A DNA stretch of 64,000 nucleotides, from positions 70,894 to 134,893 of IMG/VR virus record IMGVR_UViG_3300032116_000033; one strand, written 5' to 3'. Numbering within the stretch: the stretch's first letter is position 1; each line of letters opens with the position of its first letter. Under the pieces are notes generated by a model, which made no database searches, had not been told where the DNA came from, and saw only the letters and a list, made by a program, of their open reading frames with translations. Below, piece after piece: positions 1-10,528 of this stretch. The stretch is from a virus. The position numbers and the translations under genes are program-made.

Positions 1-2919
1 ACCGCAGCCACAGACAACCTTGTTGCTGCTTCTGCGCTAGAGTACGCTGTGTATCTGTCAAGCTCCAACAATATCTCGACCGTTGCCGACATGGAGTCGA
101 ACGGAACCAAGGTGATGGACTTCACTGCCGACACCACGTACAAGATGGTCGGCAGTCTCACAAAAGACACACAGTACTACTTCAACGTTATGGTGCGCGA
201 CGTGGCCGGAAACAAGGCAGCGTACTCGATGACCAACGCGACCACGCAGGCAGATACGACCGTACCGGTCCTCGGCTCGCCGACCAGCATCGCCGTCACG
301 AACCTTGCCGACATCTCGCTCACGCTAAGCTGGAACAGGTCGAGCGACAACTACGACATCTCTACCGCGCTGGTCTACAAGGTCTACAGATCCACCAGCA
401 ACGTTCTTACGTCGATCAACCAGACAGAGACCAACGGTACACTGATAGGAACCGGCATAAACATAGAGACCTTCAACGTTACCGGACTTACGCCGGCGAC
501 CACGTACTACTTCAACGTGATCGTGTCGGACTCGTCGGGCAACAAGTCGCTGTACTCGTCGGTGAACGCAACGACCGCAACCGACGCCCAAGCACCAACT
601 CCTGGTGGTTCGGGCAATGTGTCTACGTCTGGCATCACCGTATCGAGCATCAACGTGTCTTGGGCAGCAGCCTCTGACAACATCACTGCGGCAGCCAGCC
701 TTCAGTACGCTCTCTACAGATCTACTTCCAACAACATCTCGACCGTGGCAGACGCAGAGACGAACGGCGTTGTCGTCATGAACTACACCGCCAACACGAC
801 CAGCTTCACAGCATCCGGTCTAGTTCCTGCTACGTCTTACTTCTTCAACGTTGTCGTACGCGACGCGACCGGCAACAAGTCAGCTTACGTTCCTTCCAGC
901 GCCATGACTCAGGCAGACATCACGCCACCGGTTCCGGGATCTTCTGGAACAATATCAGTAAGCTACGTTACTAAATCAAGTCTCGTACTTTCGTGGACAA
1001 AAGCGGTCGACAACCACACCGCTCAGTCTGGTCTAAGGTACGAGGTCAGAAGGTCGACGTCCAACAACATAGGAACGGTCGCCACCTTCAGGAACGGTAC
1101 GGTTGTCAGAGCTTTCACGACCGACATAAACACCGTGTCTGTAGAAGGCCTTCTGCCGAACACTCAGTACTACTTCAACGTGCTGGTCATGGACGCTTTC
1201 GGAAACAGGGCCGTATACTCGATGGCCAACGCAACGACGCTGGTCGACGCACAAGGACCGACTCCTGGAAACTCTGGTCTCATCAGCTTCACCGGAACCA
1301 CTCTTCAAGAAACTGTCGTCAGCTGGGCAAGAGCATCAGACGAGGCGACATACTTCGAGGATCTCGAGTACGCGCTATATTATAGCACTTCTCCCAACAT
1401 CTCAACCGTAGCCGGTGCAGAGACGAACGGTACGCTGGTGATGGACTACGATCTCTACGCGAGCCCGTATCCTATGACGGACCTGACACCGGGCACGACG
1501 TACTACTTCAACGTCATCGCGCGAGACGAGCAGGGCAACAAGTCTGCGTACTCGATGTCTAACGTGTCTATGCTTCCAGACGTCACGGCACCGGTTCCAG
1601 ACAACTCCGGAACCATACTGCCGAACGACACCACCACCAGCAGCGTGACGCTGAGATGGTTCAAGGCCGTAGACAACGTAACAGAAGAGCAGGACATGAT
1701 GTACGCTGTGTACAGATCTATGTCCAACAACATGACCACCGTCAACCAGACAGAGACGAACGGCACCAAGATAATGGACTGGGCGGCAGACGTTCTGGAG
1801 CTTGAGATCTCGGATCTTACTCCGTCTTACACGTACTACTTCAATGTCCTAGCAAGGGACGAGGCCGGAAACAAGGCAGCGTACTCTACAGCAAAAGTGA
1901 CAACGGTCTCCGACACGTCCGTACCTTCTCCGGGCGGATCCGGCGTACTGGGTGCAAGTCTCGTTACGCCTAGCACCGTGACCGTATCTTGGACAAAGGG
2001 AACCGACAACGTAACGGACGCAGGCTTCCTGATGTACGGCGTATACTACTCCAAGCTCAACAACATCTCCACCATCGCAGACATCGACGCCAACGGCACG
2101 CTTGCGAGACCTTTCTCAAGAGACATAGCGGTACAGACCGTAACGGGCCTAGACTCAGACGAGACGTACTACTTCAACGTGATGATCAGAGACTCTGCCG
2201 GTAACAGGTCTTGCTACAGCACGGTTCAGGCCACGACGCTCGAGGACATCGAAGCTCCTGTTCCGGGCGGATCCGGCGTAATAACCGCAAGCAACGTAGG
2301 CCTGACAGGGATGATACTCAGCTGGAACCCTGCCGTAGACAACGCCTCGTCGCCGCCTAACCTTCAGTACCAGGTCAGGATATCTTCGCTGAACAACATC
2401 TCGACCGTGGTGAGCGCGGAGGCAAACGGGACCATCGTGAGCGCGTACTCGTCTCTCACGTACGCTACGGTGAGCGGGCTAAACTCAGGCGAGACCTACT
2501 ACTTCAACGTCATAGTAAAAGACGCCAAAGGCAACAAGTCCATATACGCGACCAAGACCCAGAGAACCAGAAACGACGTCGTCGAGGTCCCGAGCACTCC
2601 GGTTGCCGTAAACCAGGCCGTAGTGGTCGAGAGCTCCATAGACAAGATCAAGACTCTGCCTCAGGTTGTGTCAAACCCTACGCTGTCTAAGCCGCGTAAC
2701 TGGGCAAAGGTCCACATCATCTACAAATCAACCACGTCGGCCAAGCGTGTCGTCGTCTCGATCACGGACTTCTCTCAGATGCTGGGGACCTTCAGAGCCA
2801 AAAACGCTGAGATTTTCGCTGTGCACAAGGTCATCGTAGAAGACGCCAACAACAACTTCGTCACGGTTCCGGCATCGTTCATAATGAACGCTAACAACTG
2901 GAACATAGACGTCGATTAG
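1..2919 (+). CDS. Fibronectin type III repeat protein, probable virion surface/adhesion protein (5' end lies before the window)
   Basis: About 8 tandem repeats of roughly 110 aa with W..A.DN, Y..Y.S...NIST, L.P.T.YYFNV...D..GN signatures; the frame is open from the window start. Confidence 0.8.
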   Translation, partial: TAATDNLVAASALEYAVYLSSSNNISTVADMESNGTKVMDFTADTTYKMVGSLTKDTQYYFNVMVRDVAGNKAAYSMTNATTQADTTVPVLGSPTSIAVTNLADISLTLSWNRSSDNYDISTALVYKVYRSTSNVLTSINQTETNGTLIGTGINIETFNVTGLTPATTYYFNVIVSDSSGNKSLYSSVNATTATDAQAPTPGGSGNVSTSGITVSSINVSWAAASDNITAAASLQYALYRSTSNNISTVADAETNGVVVMNYTANTTSFTASGLVPATSYFFNVVVRDATGNKSAYVPSSAMTQADITPPVPGSSGTISVSYVTKSSLVLSWTKAVDNHTAQSGLRYEVRRSTSNNIGTVATFRNGTVVRAFTTDINTVSVEGLLPNTQYYFNVLVMDAFGNRAVYSMANATTLVDAQGPTPGNSGLISFTGTTLQETVVSWARASDEATYFEDLEYALYYSTSPNISTVAGAETNGTLVMDYDLYASPYPMTDLTPGTTYYFNVIARDEQGNKSAYSMSNVSMLPDVTAPVPDNSGTILPNDTTTSSVTLRWFKAVDNVTEEQDMMYAVYRSMSNNMTTVNQTETNGTKIMDWAADVLELEISDLTPSYTYYFNVLARDEAGNKAAYSTAKVTTVSDTSVPSPGGSGVLGASLVTPSTVTVSWTKGTDNVTDAGFLMYGVYYSKLNNISTIADIDANGTLARPFSRDIAVQTVTGLDSDETYYFNVMIRDSAGNRSCYSTVQATTLEDIEAPVPGGSGVITASNVGLTGMILSWNPAVDNASSPPNLQYQVRISSLNNISTVVSAEANGTIVSAYSSLTYATVSGLNSGETYYFNVIVKDAKGNKSIYATKTQRTRNDVVEVPSTPVAVNQAVVVESSIDKIKTLPQVVSNPTLSKPRNWAKVHIIYKSTTSAKRVVVSITDFSQMLGTFRAKNAEIFAVHKVIVEDANNNFVTVPASFIMNANNWNIDVD

Positions 2920-2956
2920 GATATAATGGATGTAGACTCCGAGTGAGAGGGCCTAT

Positions 2957-3376
2957 ATGCGCGACGATAAGATCGATTTGATCAGTAAAGACATCGAGTT
3001 TGTCAAGGACATCGTTCAAGACACTAGCCGTCGCGTCTCTAGCCTAGAGGAGGCTACTGGCCAGTTCTCTAGGGACTTTCACGAGCACATAGCCACAGAC
3101 CGTCAGATGAACGTAGAGATCGCACGCATAGGCCGCATCCTAGAGAAGAACACCGACTCCCTGGTCGAGCACATGCGTCGCACAGACATAAACGAGATGA
3201 GCATCAGCGAGCTCAAGAACATCAGTCTAAGATTAGATCAAAGATTGCAGCCGCTTGAAAGTTCATACACGCAGCGTAAAACGATGATGATTCTCATTGC
3301 TAAGATTGCCGCCGTGGTTGCAGCGTTGGCAGGGTTTGCAAAATTCTTGTACGAGATCTACGTCTTGAAGCTGTAG
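2957..3376 (+). CDS. Coiled-coil protein with C-terminal transmembrane helix (holin/XhlA-like topology)
   Basis: Heptad-rich N-terminal part, hydrophobic ILIAKIAAVVAALAGFAKFLY tail; TATAAT and GAGAGG upstream. Confidence 0.5.
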   Translation: MRDDKIDLISKDIEFVKDIVQDTSRRVSSLEEATGQFSRDFHEHIATDRQMNVEIARIGRILEKNTDSLVEHMRRTDINEMSISELKNISLRLDQRLQPLESSYTQRKTMMILIAKIAAVVAALAGFAKFLYEIYVLKL

Positions 3377-3445
3377 CAGATGATAATATAAGCATATAGT
3401 GACGCGGTAATAATGCCGCGCCCTGAAGAATCATGGAGATACACT

Positions 3446-3736
3446 ATGTCACTCATGTCCTCTAAGACAAAAAGAATCCTGGAAGTTGCCCTCGCAAACC
3501 GCGTTGCCAAGAACGAGATGGTCTCTGCCTTCGGCTCGCACGCAGTCGTTCTCTGCGTTGTAGCGACCAGCACCTCTACGACCGTAGACTTCGGCGCCCT
3601 CAAGGTCGGTGATTTCTTGGTTCGCATCAAGGCTGGCGCAACCGGCGGCGCTCTGTTCGATGTCTGCGTAGCAGACGGAACCGCTCCTGCTGCTGCAGTG
3701 ATAGGCGACCTCTACATCGCTCTTCGTCTGGTCTAA
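3446..3736 (+). CDS. Small putative virion protein
   Basis: GGAG RBS before ATG 3446; N-terminus resembles that of 41258..42328. Confidence 0.5.
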   Translation: MSLMSSKTKRILEVALANRVAKNEMVSAFGSHAVVLCVVATSTSTTVDFGALKVGDFLVRIKAGATGGALFDVCVADGTAPAAAVIGDLYIALRLV

Positions 3737-4107
3737 TCGACCGGGAGGGCGTCTTCTGCGCCCTCTTCTTTTAAGATCTCGTCTAGAGCCTGAATAGCCC
3801 CCGTGATCTGCGAGAGTCTCGTCTCGAAGCTTGAGATCTCGCCCTTCAGAACCTCGATCTTCTCTGATATCGCCCAAGCCTCAGAGCTGAGCATGTTTAT
3901 CTTGTTGATTATCTTTTCGCGCATGATCCACATCCTTGCCATCTAAGGACAAACACGCCGCAGCAGATGTCTTCGTTGTCTGAAGGCTCCAGCATGCCGC
4001 AGCACGTGACCTTTACGCTGTAGCCGTTGAAGCAGGCGATCTCGTAGCCGTTTATGTGATTGTCAGGCATGTCCTGAAGCTTGAGTACACGGAGAAGTTC
4101 CATGAAC

Positions 4108-4596
4108 TCATACAGCAGCGACGACTGCAGAGAACCAAGCTGGGTGGCCACGGTTTGTCCACTTTGGCTCTCGCTTGTCGTTTGCCCACTTGATGTGGAA
4201 GCCGAGTCGGTAAGCTTCGATGACATCGCTTATGTCCTTTCTTAGCGAGCAGTTGGGAAACTGCTGAAGTCCCAGGCTCGGGAGTATGTGCACCTGAGCC
4301 TTAAGCGATGCGTAGCCTGCAAGAAACGACGCGTGATCTTTCTTGTACCTGTGCACAAACTCATCGTTCATCGCCTTTAGGTGCTCGAGGTGCCACTCGA
4401 AGTTCTCGAGGGAGTCGCCGGACCAGAGCGTGCAAGGATGCTTGGTCCAGGCGACTCGATACACGGGAGTTCCGCCGTGGCGGGCGATCGCGGACGACAG
4501 CATCTGCACGGACTCGATCGGCATCTTTACCAGGCGCTTGTCGTCCAGCGCTCTAGCACATTCTACCGGATCGTTTGATGTGAAGAAGATGTTCAC
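4108..4596 (-). CDS. Pyrimidine-dimer DNA glycosylase (DenV/endonuclease V-like family)
   Basis: MNIF...P.ECA..LDDKRLVKM.IES.QMLS and HPC..W motifs. Confidence 0.75.
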   Translation of the reverse strand: MNIFFTSNDPVECARALDDKRLVKMPIESVQMLSSAIARHGGTPVYRVAWTKHPCTLWSGDSLENFEWHLEHLKAMNDEFVHRYKKDHASFLAGYASLKAQVHILPSLGLQQFPNCSLRKDISDVIEAYRLGFHIKWANDKREPKWTNRGHPAWFSAVVAAV

Positions 4597-4614
4597 GACG
4601 AAACTCCTTTTACG

Positions 4615-4917
4615 TTAGATCACGTTCTTTACCACGAACTCGATCGATCGGCCTACGCTCGGCTTACGCAGACCCTGCGGCCATTCGGTGGCGATCAGCG
4701 TAGGGCCTGATCCTGTGCGGTTCTGGCGGAACTTGACTTGGTAGGTCGTGTTGATGTTGCTCTTGCTGGAGATGAACAGTGTTACGTATCCGTTCTTGAC
4801 TGAGACCTTGCCGAACTTCTCGGTCAGACGAGCGAGCGTTACGGTTGGGTACTTGTCGTTGGCGGACTTCTTCGTGAACTTGACGGATACGACTGAGGTT
4901 ACTGTAGACAGGGTCAT
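4615..4917 (-). CDS. Hypothetical basic protein
   Basis: AAGGAG RBS before ATG 4917; the longer ORF in the track probably runs through a non-coding leader. Confidence 0.55.
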   Translation of the reverse strand: MTLSTVTSVVSVKFTKKSANDKYPTVTLARLTEKFGKVSVKNGYVTLFISSKSNINTTYQVKFRQNRTGSGPTLIATEWPQGLRKPSVGRSIEFVVKNVI

Positions 4918-5074
4918 AGATGCTCCTTTTATTGCCTTTCGGCGTTGTGGATGTTGTGGTGGGGACGCCGGTCGATCTCCATCCCCTTTTTCAGCCTCAA
5001 CCAGGTCCGACATCTCTGCAAAGACGGAGAGCCCGGTATATACATGAACTTGCAGGTACATGTTGCGCCTGTGA

Positions 5075-5500
5075 TCATATTATACCCTCGTTTATATATT
5101 TCGTCAGTGATTCCTTGGTGTTGCGCACAGTATCAGGATCGTTGAGCTTTCGGTTCATCCCGCTGGGATGCGGAAGTGCCAGAAAGCCGCTTACGCCTGC
5201 TTCTGCTAAAGCTCTGGCTGCGGTCTTGCCCAGCGAGACCATCTTGGCGTCTGGATGCTGCGCGAGCTTTGCGATAAGGGAGTCTCTGGCCTCTCTTATC
5301 TGAGCTACGGACAAAGGTTTGTTTCCTTCGGTCTTGTCGTCGCAGACGTTGATGAACGTGAAGTTGGCGTTTAAGTTCTCGATCCAGCTTTCGAGCGTTT
5401 TTCTTGATCTGACTGAGACGTGGAAAGGAGAGGAGTCTGGACTAGACGAGCTGGGGTTCGAGCCTACGAACACTACGTTCACTACGTTCACTGTGCTCAT
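5075..5500 (-). CDS. Uracil-DNA glycosylase superfamily protein
   Basis: VFVGSNP, SLGKTA and LPHPSG motifs. Confidence 0.7.
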   Translation of the reverse strand: MSTVNVVNVVFVGSNPSSSSPDSSPFHVSVRSRKTLESWIENLNANFTFINVCDDKTEGNKPLSVAQIREARDSLIAKLAQHPDAKMVSLGKTAARALAEAGVSGFLALPHPSGMNRKLNDPDTVRNTKESLTKYINEGII

Positions 5501-6284
5501 CTTATTCTCCTTGGTTAAGGAGGCATTTTTTGCTTACGATCTCTAGCATGAACGGGCCTGCGGTGAAGATCTTGCACCCGCACGCGGACTTTATGTGTCT
5601 GGGTCGCCATATGTCGATCGAAGGCGTCAAAAGGTAATGCGCGTACGTGATCACTATTCGTGGTGAGAGTCTGTAAGTCTTCATGTTAGCCTCAGCAGTA
5701 CTGAACGCCGTTGATCCAAATTCCCTCGTTGGGTCTGCACGGCAGCTCCCTGAGCTTGTCTGGTTCGGCGTCGCAGATAAATACTCTTGTTTCGGTCTGA
5801 TTCTGATCGCACCTTGCCCAGACCTGGATCTTCACCTGCTGGTTCTCGCCGTAGATCTCGCCTGTGCTCACGAGCCCGAGAGCCCTGTCGCCCGGAAGAG
5901 ACACGGTCACGTATACGTTTCTTCTGGGCTCGAGCAGAAGATACTCGATACCCGCAGCAGACGGGGTCGCGCTCTGTATGACGAACCAGCCTTTGAAAAA
6001 CATCAGAGACAAGGACATATGATCATCTCCTGCACGTGAGGCTCATCCACAGCTCCCCGCCGTGGCTGAACGAAACTTGACCGGACGGTGTTTTTTCACT
6101 GCACACAAGCTCTATGGACTCTATATACGGGCTTATTGTCCCGCTGTCTCGGTCGAAGTTGGATCTTCCGGTGTCGCACGTGATCTTTGCGTGGCATCTG
6201 CTGTCCGATATCTCGGGTCTGCAGACGTACACCGGGTTCATGGCGATGACCAGAATCCTGCCGCATATGTCTATCATAATGGTA

Positions 6285-6737
6285 TCAATCATGCTTCACC
6301 TTGTATATGAGGTCTATGTATTGATCCTCGTTTCGGATATCGATCTTTAGGTCCCTCATAGCAAGGATGTCGTCGAAGTCCCGGTACCTTGTCTTAGCCA
6401 CTACGCGCGTCACGCCGCTCTGCCACAGAAGCCTCATGCACACCTTGCACGGCGTCATCGTGCACACAACGAAGCAGTTCTCCATCGAGATGCCGTGGCG
6501 GGCGCAGTTGGCGATCAGGTTCATCTCACTGTGAACGATGTAGTCGTACTTGTCTGGACGAGTGCTCGGAAGAGAGTCGTCGTCTGCCCCTCGTACGAAG
6601 CCGTTGCAGCCGGTCGCAAGTATTGCACCCGTCGATTCTTTGATCAGGACGGATCCCACCTTTGTCTCTGAGTCGTGTGATCTCTGAGAGGCAGCTTCGG
6701 CCATCATCATGTAGGTCTCTATCTTAGAAGGCTTCAT
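6285..6737 (-). CDS. dCMP deaminase
   Basis: HSEMN and PCKVC zinc motifs, KVG..L, G.NG. Confidence 0.9.
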   Translation of the reverse strand: MKPSKIETYMMMAEAASQRSHDSETKVGSVLIKESTGAILATGCNGFVRGADDDSLPSTRPDKYDYIVHSEMNLIANCARHGISMENCFVVCTMTPCKVCMRLLWQSGVTRVVAKTRYRDFDDILAMRDLKIDIRNEDQYIDLIYKVKHD

Positions 6738-7330
6738 TTCTTTTCCTTGGGTTTTCTTTGCGCAGGATACTCGTCGAAGAATTCCCTGCCGATTATCAGA
6801 GAATCCAGATAATGCTGGTCCATCTCTATGGCGATGTACGATAGCGAGTTTATAGACCTTAGGACCCCGTACTTGTTGCGCCCCCTCACCCGTCTGGCGA
6901 GTATCATGTTGAACATGACCGACTCGACCTTGTAGCGCACGTTTATGCCTAAGGCGTTCTTTTCTATAGAGTTAGATTGCTTCAGTCTTCTTACGACGTA
7001 GTCGCCTTTGCTGAAGCCCGTGGTGTTTGTGTTTGGGATGCCGAACATCACGCACCGTCGCACGAAGTCAAAATCCCTAGCGTTGAGGAACTGGATGTCG
7101 ACCCAGTCTATCCCGTACCTCTCGAACATCTCCTCAAGATAGTTCATCTGATGATTCCGTCTTTAAGATCTCTAGTTCGTAAGCTGAAGTTTTATCAGGC
7201 GCTTTCTGTGTCTTGAGTCTCTTGACCTTGACGCGCTCTGTTACTTTGCCTCGCTTAGGGCACACGTACGATATGTCTTCGTAGTACGTAGACTCGACTT
7301 CGTCTTTCTTCGGTTCTTCCTTCTTTCTTC

Positions 7331-7906
7331 TCATCTCTGTATGAACCTCTTTATGTCTTCAAGATTCTTGTATTCTATCGAGACCGCGTCGTGCACGGCT
7401 CTTTGATATTGCTTGACTATCGGATGAAGGTCCTTGGCAAACATGAACCTGGACCACTCGCCCATGCTCGCGTACATCACGCCTTCCCAGTAAGCGGAAA
7501 CAGGCGTAGTGACGGACGCCACAAAAGCGTTGCAGCCGTCGTGTACGTAAGATTTCTGATTAAGCATCAGCGACTCGACCGTCATCTTCATCGACTCCGA
7601 GATGTCGCGATCGTTAGCAGTAGACCCTGACGCGATCATGTCCACGGTGGGGCAGAAAGCGTCGCTGGCCTGGCTCACGGACGACGTGCACCGTATGCCG
7701 GACGACACCATCGGGATAAGGATGAAGTACGGGCACTTTACCTGTAGGTGGACGTATATCATGTCTATGGCCTGCGACGTGAGCCTGTTCCTGAACATCG
7801 AGGATCTTATCTCTAGATGGTCGCTGTAGGACGGCGAGCACGACATCAGCGACACGTAGCCGTGGTCTAGAACAGGCAGTCTATTTAGCTTTGTTCTTTC
7901 GCTCAT
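7331..7906 (-). CDS. Degenerate ThyX-fold protein lacking the catalytic RHRxxSxxExSxRY motif
   Basis: VLDHGYVSL, VKCPYF and G....A....P...Y segments align by eye with ThyX; the signature motif is absent. Confidence 0.55.
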   Translation of the reverse strand: MSERTKLNRLPVLDHGYVSLMSCSPSYSDHLEIRSSMFRNRLTSQAIDMIYVHLQVKCPYFILIPMVSSGIRCTSSVSQASDAFCPTVDMIASGSTANDRDISESMKMTVESLMLNQKSYVHDGCNAFVASVTTPVSAYWEGVMYASMGEWSRFMFAKDLHPIVKQYQRAVHDAVSIEYKNLEDIKRFIQR

Positions 7907-8654
7907 CGATGAGTCCTCGTTCTCTTAGGATCTTGAGCACGGTGAGAAAGTTGGCGTAGAAGTTTCTGCTGGCGACGCCGAACCGTGGGCCGTCATACTG
8001 CTCTATGATGGTACATATGTCGCGGCTGCCCGTCTCCTCTACCGCTCGCTGCACGCCCCTTAGGCCGTGGTTGTATGCCGTTATGGCAAGCGGCCAAGAC
8101 TTCAGCACTCTGTATTTCTCTACGAGGACGTGGATGCCGACCTTGGTGTTGTACTCGGGATCTTTGAGCTTCTTGGGGTCAAAGCCGTACATCTTTGCGG
8201 TACCGGGCATGACCTGCCACATGCCCACTGCACCGACCTTGGACCGTGCCTTGGGATTGTATCCGGACTCGACGTGCGGCAAGACCTTGATCTCGAGCGG
8301 GATGCCTTTGGCCTTTATGTTCTTGACGACCATCTTCTTGTGGGTCTTGTAGCGCGTGATCCCTTCCTCGAACATCGATTTCACGCCCTTCTGGACGCGG
8401 ATCTTGACGCCTTTTTTCTCGTACTTTGCCTTTATGGCCTTAACGAGTTCTGTCCTCTTCTTGTCGTCATCTGGAAGATCCACGATCTCCATGATCTCGA
8501 GCGTCTCTTTCTCGAAGACGATGCCCTTGTCCTCGTCGTACTTCGTGTAGACGTCGTACCAGAAGTCTACCGCCTTGGCGAGACAGGCGGGTTCCTTGAA
8601 GTTCTCGGCGCGTGCCGATCCGGCGATGAGCATGAGTGCCATTACGATTCTCAC
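7881..8654 (-). CDS. Lytic transglycosylase (MltD-like SLT) with signal peptide
   Basis: LPHVES, GAVGMWQVM, AITAYNHG; N-terminal signal ending ARA. Confidence 0.85.
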   Translation of the reverse strand: MRIVMALMLIAGSARAENFKEPACLAKAVDFWYDVYTKYDEDKGIVFEKETLEIMEIVDLPDDDKKRTELVKAIKAKYEKKGVKIRVQKGVKSMFEEGITRYKTHKKMVVKNIKAKGIPLEIKVLPHVESGYNPKARSKVGAVGMWQVMPGTAKMYGFDPKKLKDPEYNTKVGIHVLVEKYRVLKSWPLAITAYNHGLRGVQRAVEETGSRDICTIIEQYDGPRFGVASRNFYANFLTVLKILRERGLIDERKNKAK

Positions 8655-8846
8655 TGTTGATCTCCGTAGTCCAGATTACGTTCAAGCTCGAACATGATCA
8701 TGTGCGCGACGAACCATCTTTGGGCCTGCCTAGTGTCCGACTGTATCCTAGACAGAAGCCACTCCTGGCGGTCTCCTCGCGGGACATCGTCGTCGATCTG
8801 TCGGCGAGCTTCCTTGAAGAGCTCCAGAGCCTCAAGATCTTCTTCC

Positions 8847-9044
8847 TCATCTTCCATTATCCATGTTGCCATTTTCGACCTCTATATCAAGCATCTCGTA
8901 CTCGCTGCCAGAGACGCCGTATCTCGCGTAGTCTCCCCCGCCGTCGATGAAGCACGACTTACACTTGCACCAGCGACAGTCGTGGCGATGCCGAGACCAC
9001 ACTATGTCGTTACACTTCAGGCACTTTATCGCCGGCACCATCAT
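8847..9044 (-). CDS. Small Cys-rich (Zn-binding) phage protein
   Basis: C..C.D...S..RHD...C.C....IDGG..Y.R pattern. Confidence 0.6.
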   Translation of the reverse strand: MMVPAIKCLKCNDIVWSRHRHDCRWCKCKSCFIDGGGDYARYGVSGSEYEMLDIEVENGNMDNGR

Positions 9045-9266
9045 CGCTCGGCTCCTTGTACTCGTAGGGTTTCCAGTAAGCGATCCAGTCGTCTACCGGG
9101 ATTCTCACGCTCTGAGTGATGTCCATCGGCCATGGTCTGTGGCGTTCGCCGATGTTCCACCACTCCACCTTCATCTTCAGGAGTCGCTTCTCTTTCGCGT
9201 AGAAGCACTTCAAGACCTTCAGCGCGACGTCTTTGTTGTTGACGTGCTTGAACATTCCTGTAGGTC

Positions 9267-10079
9267 TCATAGATCGCTCTTGAGAAGGTTTTCCATGAAA
9301 GCCACGTCGTGGCCGCACGAGTCTTTCCATGCATGCTCTGCGTCCTCGCGCTCCCACGCCCACTGCCGCATGCTGCCCTGACCGCTGACGGCGATGTGGC
9401 CTTTTACGATGGCAAGTAGCGCAGAGGCCCTCGCGTCGTCTCCGGCAAGCCATGCAAAGAAGGCGTTCTCGGGCTGACGAGAAGTGAGCTTCTTGGCTGC
9501 TTTCTTTGCGAGCCACGAGATCTTCGACCGGCCTCTTCTAGCGATCACAAGCGACAAGAGCGTCACACCCACCAGGTGAAGCGTGTATCCCAGCGGGTTG
9601 AATCTCGCAGAGACGTACACGTACGGGACGTGTAGGAACTTGGTGAGTCTGTAGACGAGCGGCACGATCCGCACGCCTGCCTCGATGGCCATCCAGTAGA
9701 CGCCGGGCGTCATGACGCAGCGACCGTCCGTGTCGTCGTTGCAGGCTTTGCAGCCGTTGTCGAGCGTGTGCTGGACCCAGCGATGGTAAGCGCCAAGAAC
9801 GCTGGAGCCGAACTGGGTCGTGTTCGCTTTTACTGCCGCAAGGCTGAGGCCGGTGGCCATGTCTCGGCTGAACGAGTTGATATGGCGCATGCCTTTGTCG
9901 GCCTGCTCTCGCTTGAGCGGAGACCTGAAGAAAGCACCGTCCTTGCCCTCGCAGCCCAAGATGCCGCTAGAGACGTCTTCGCCTGAGGCGTACATCAGCG
10001 CACCCCACAGAAGCGAGTCTCCGTCGTCTTGTCCGCCTTTGCACGGGATGCCCTCTACGTACTCTCGGTTCATGTCCAC
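9267..10079 (-). CDS. Hypothetical protein (270 aa)
   Basis: Long ORF with AAGGAG RBS, overlapping its neighbours operon-style. Confidence 0.6.
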   Translation of the reverse strand: MDMNREYVEGIPCKGGQDDGDSLLWGALMYASGEDVSSGILGCEGKDGAFFRSPLKREQADKGMRHINSFSRDMATGLSLAAVKANTTQFGSSVLGAYHRWVQHTLDNGCKACNDDTDGRCVMTPGVYWMAIEAGVRIVPLVYRLTKFLHVPYVYVSARFNPLGYTLHLVGVTLLSLVIARRGRSKISWLAKKAAKKLTSRQPENAFFAWLAGDDARASALLAIVKGHIAVSGQGSMRQWAWEREDAEHAWKDSCGHDVAFMENLLKSDL

Positions 10080-10450
10080 TCCTTCTCTTGATCAAGTAGA
10101 CCCGCCTCGCATGTGTACTCCTGCTCTTTAGAGAGGATACGGTCCATCACGATGTCAGCGCAGCGGATCTGTATGTAGTCGATCGTGTTGCTGTCTAGCC
10201 ACTTCGGCTTGTTCTTGGGGTTCTTGTCTAGGACGTAGACCTTCGCGTTGTTCTGGTCCTCTATCCACATCCTGCTGACTTCGCCGATCATCTCGTCGAA
10301 GTCGTATGGGCCGTGTATGGTCTTGGCCAACAGCCTGCCGTCGTCCCTGGCACCGGTAGACACGGCGACGATGAAGGTCTTGTCGTACAGACCTCGTAGG
10401 TCCATGCTCTCTACCTGAGGTACAAAAGTGCGTTCTGACGAGTCGTTCAT
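10070..10450 (-). CDS. Hypothetical protein
   Basis: ORF with GAGG RBS. Confidence 0.55.
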   Translation of the reverse strand: MNDSSERTFVPQVESMDLRGLYDKTFIVAVSTGARDDGRLLAKTIHGPYDFDEMIGEVSRMWIEDQNNAKVYVLDKNPKNKPKWLDSNTIDYIQIRCADIVMDRILSKEQEYTCEAGLLDQEKEWT

Positions 10451-10528
10451 CTTGACCTCTTGATCGTTTGCGATTGGTCTAACGTTATATACAAAACGTT
10501 GATGTCTTGATACGGAGATGTGGTGGAT

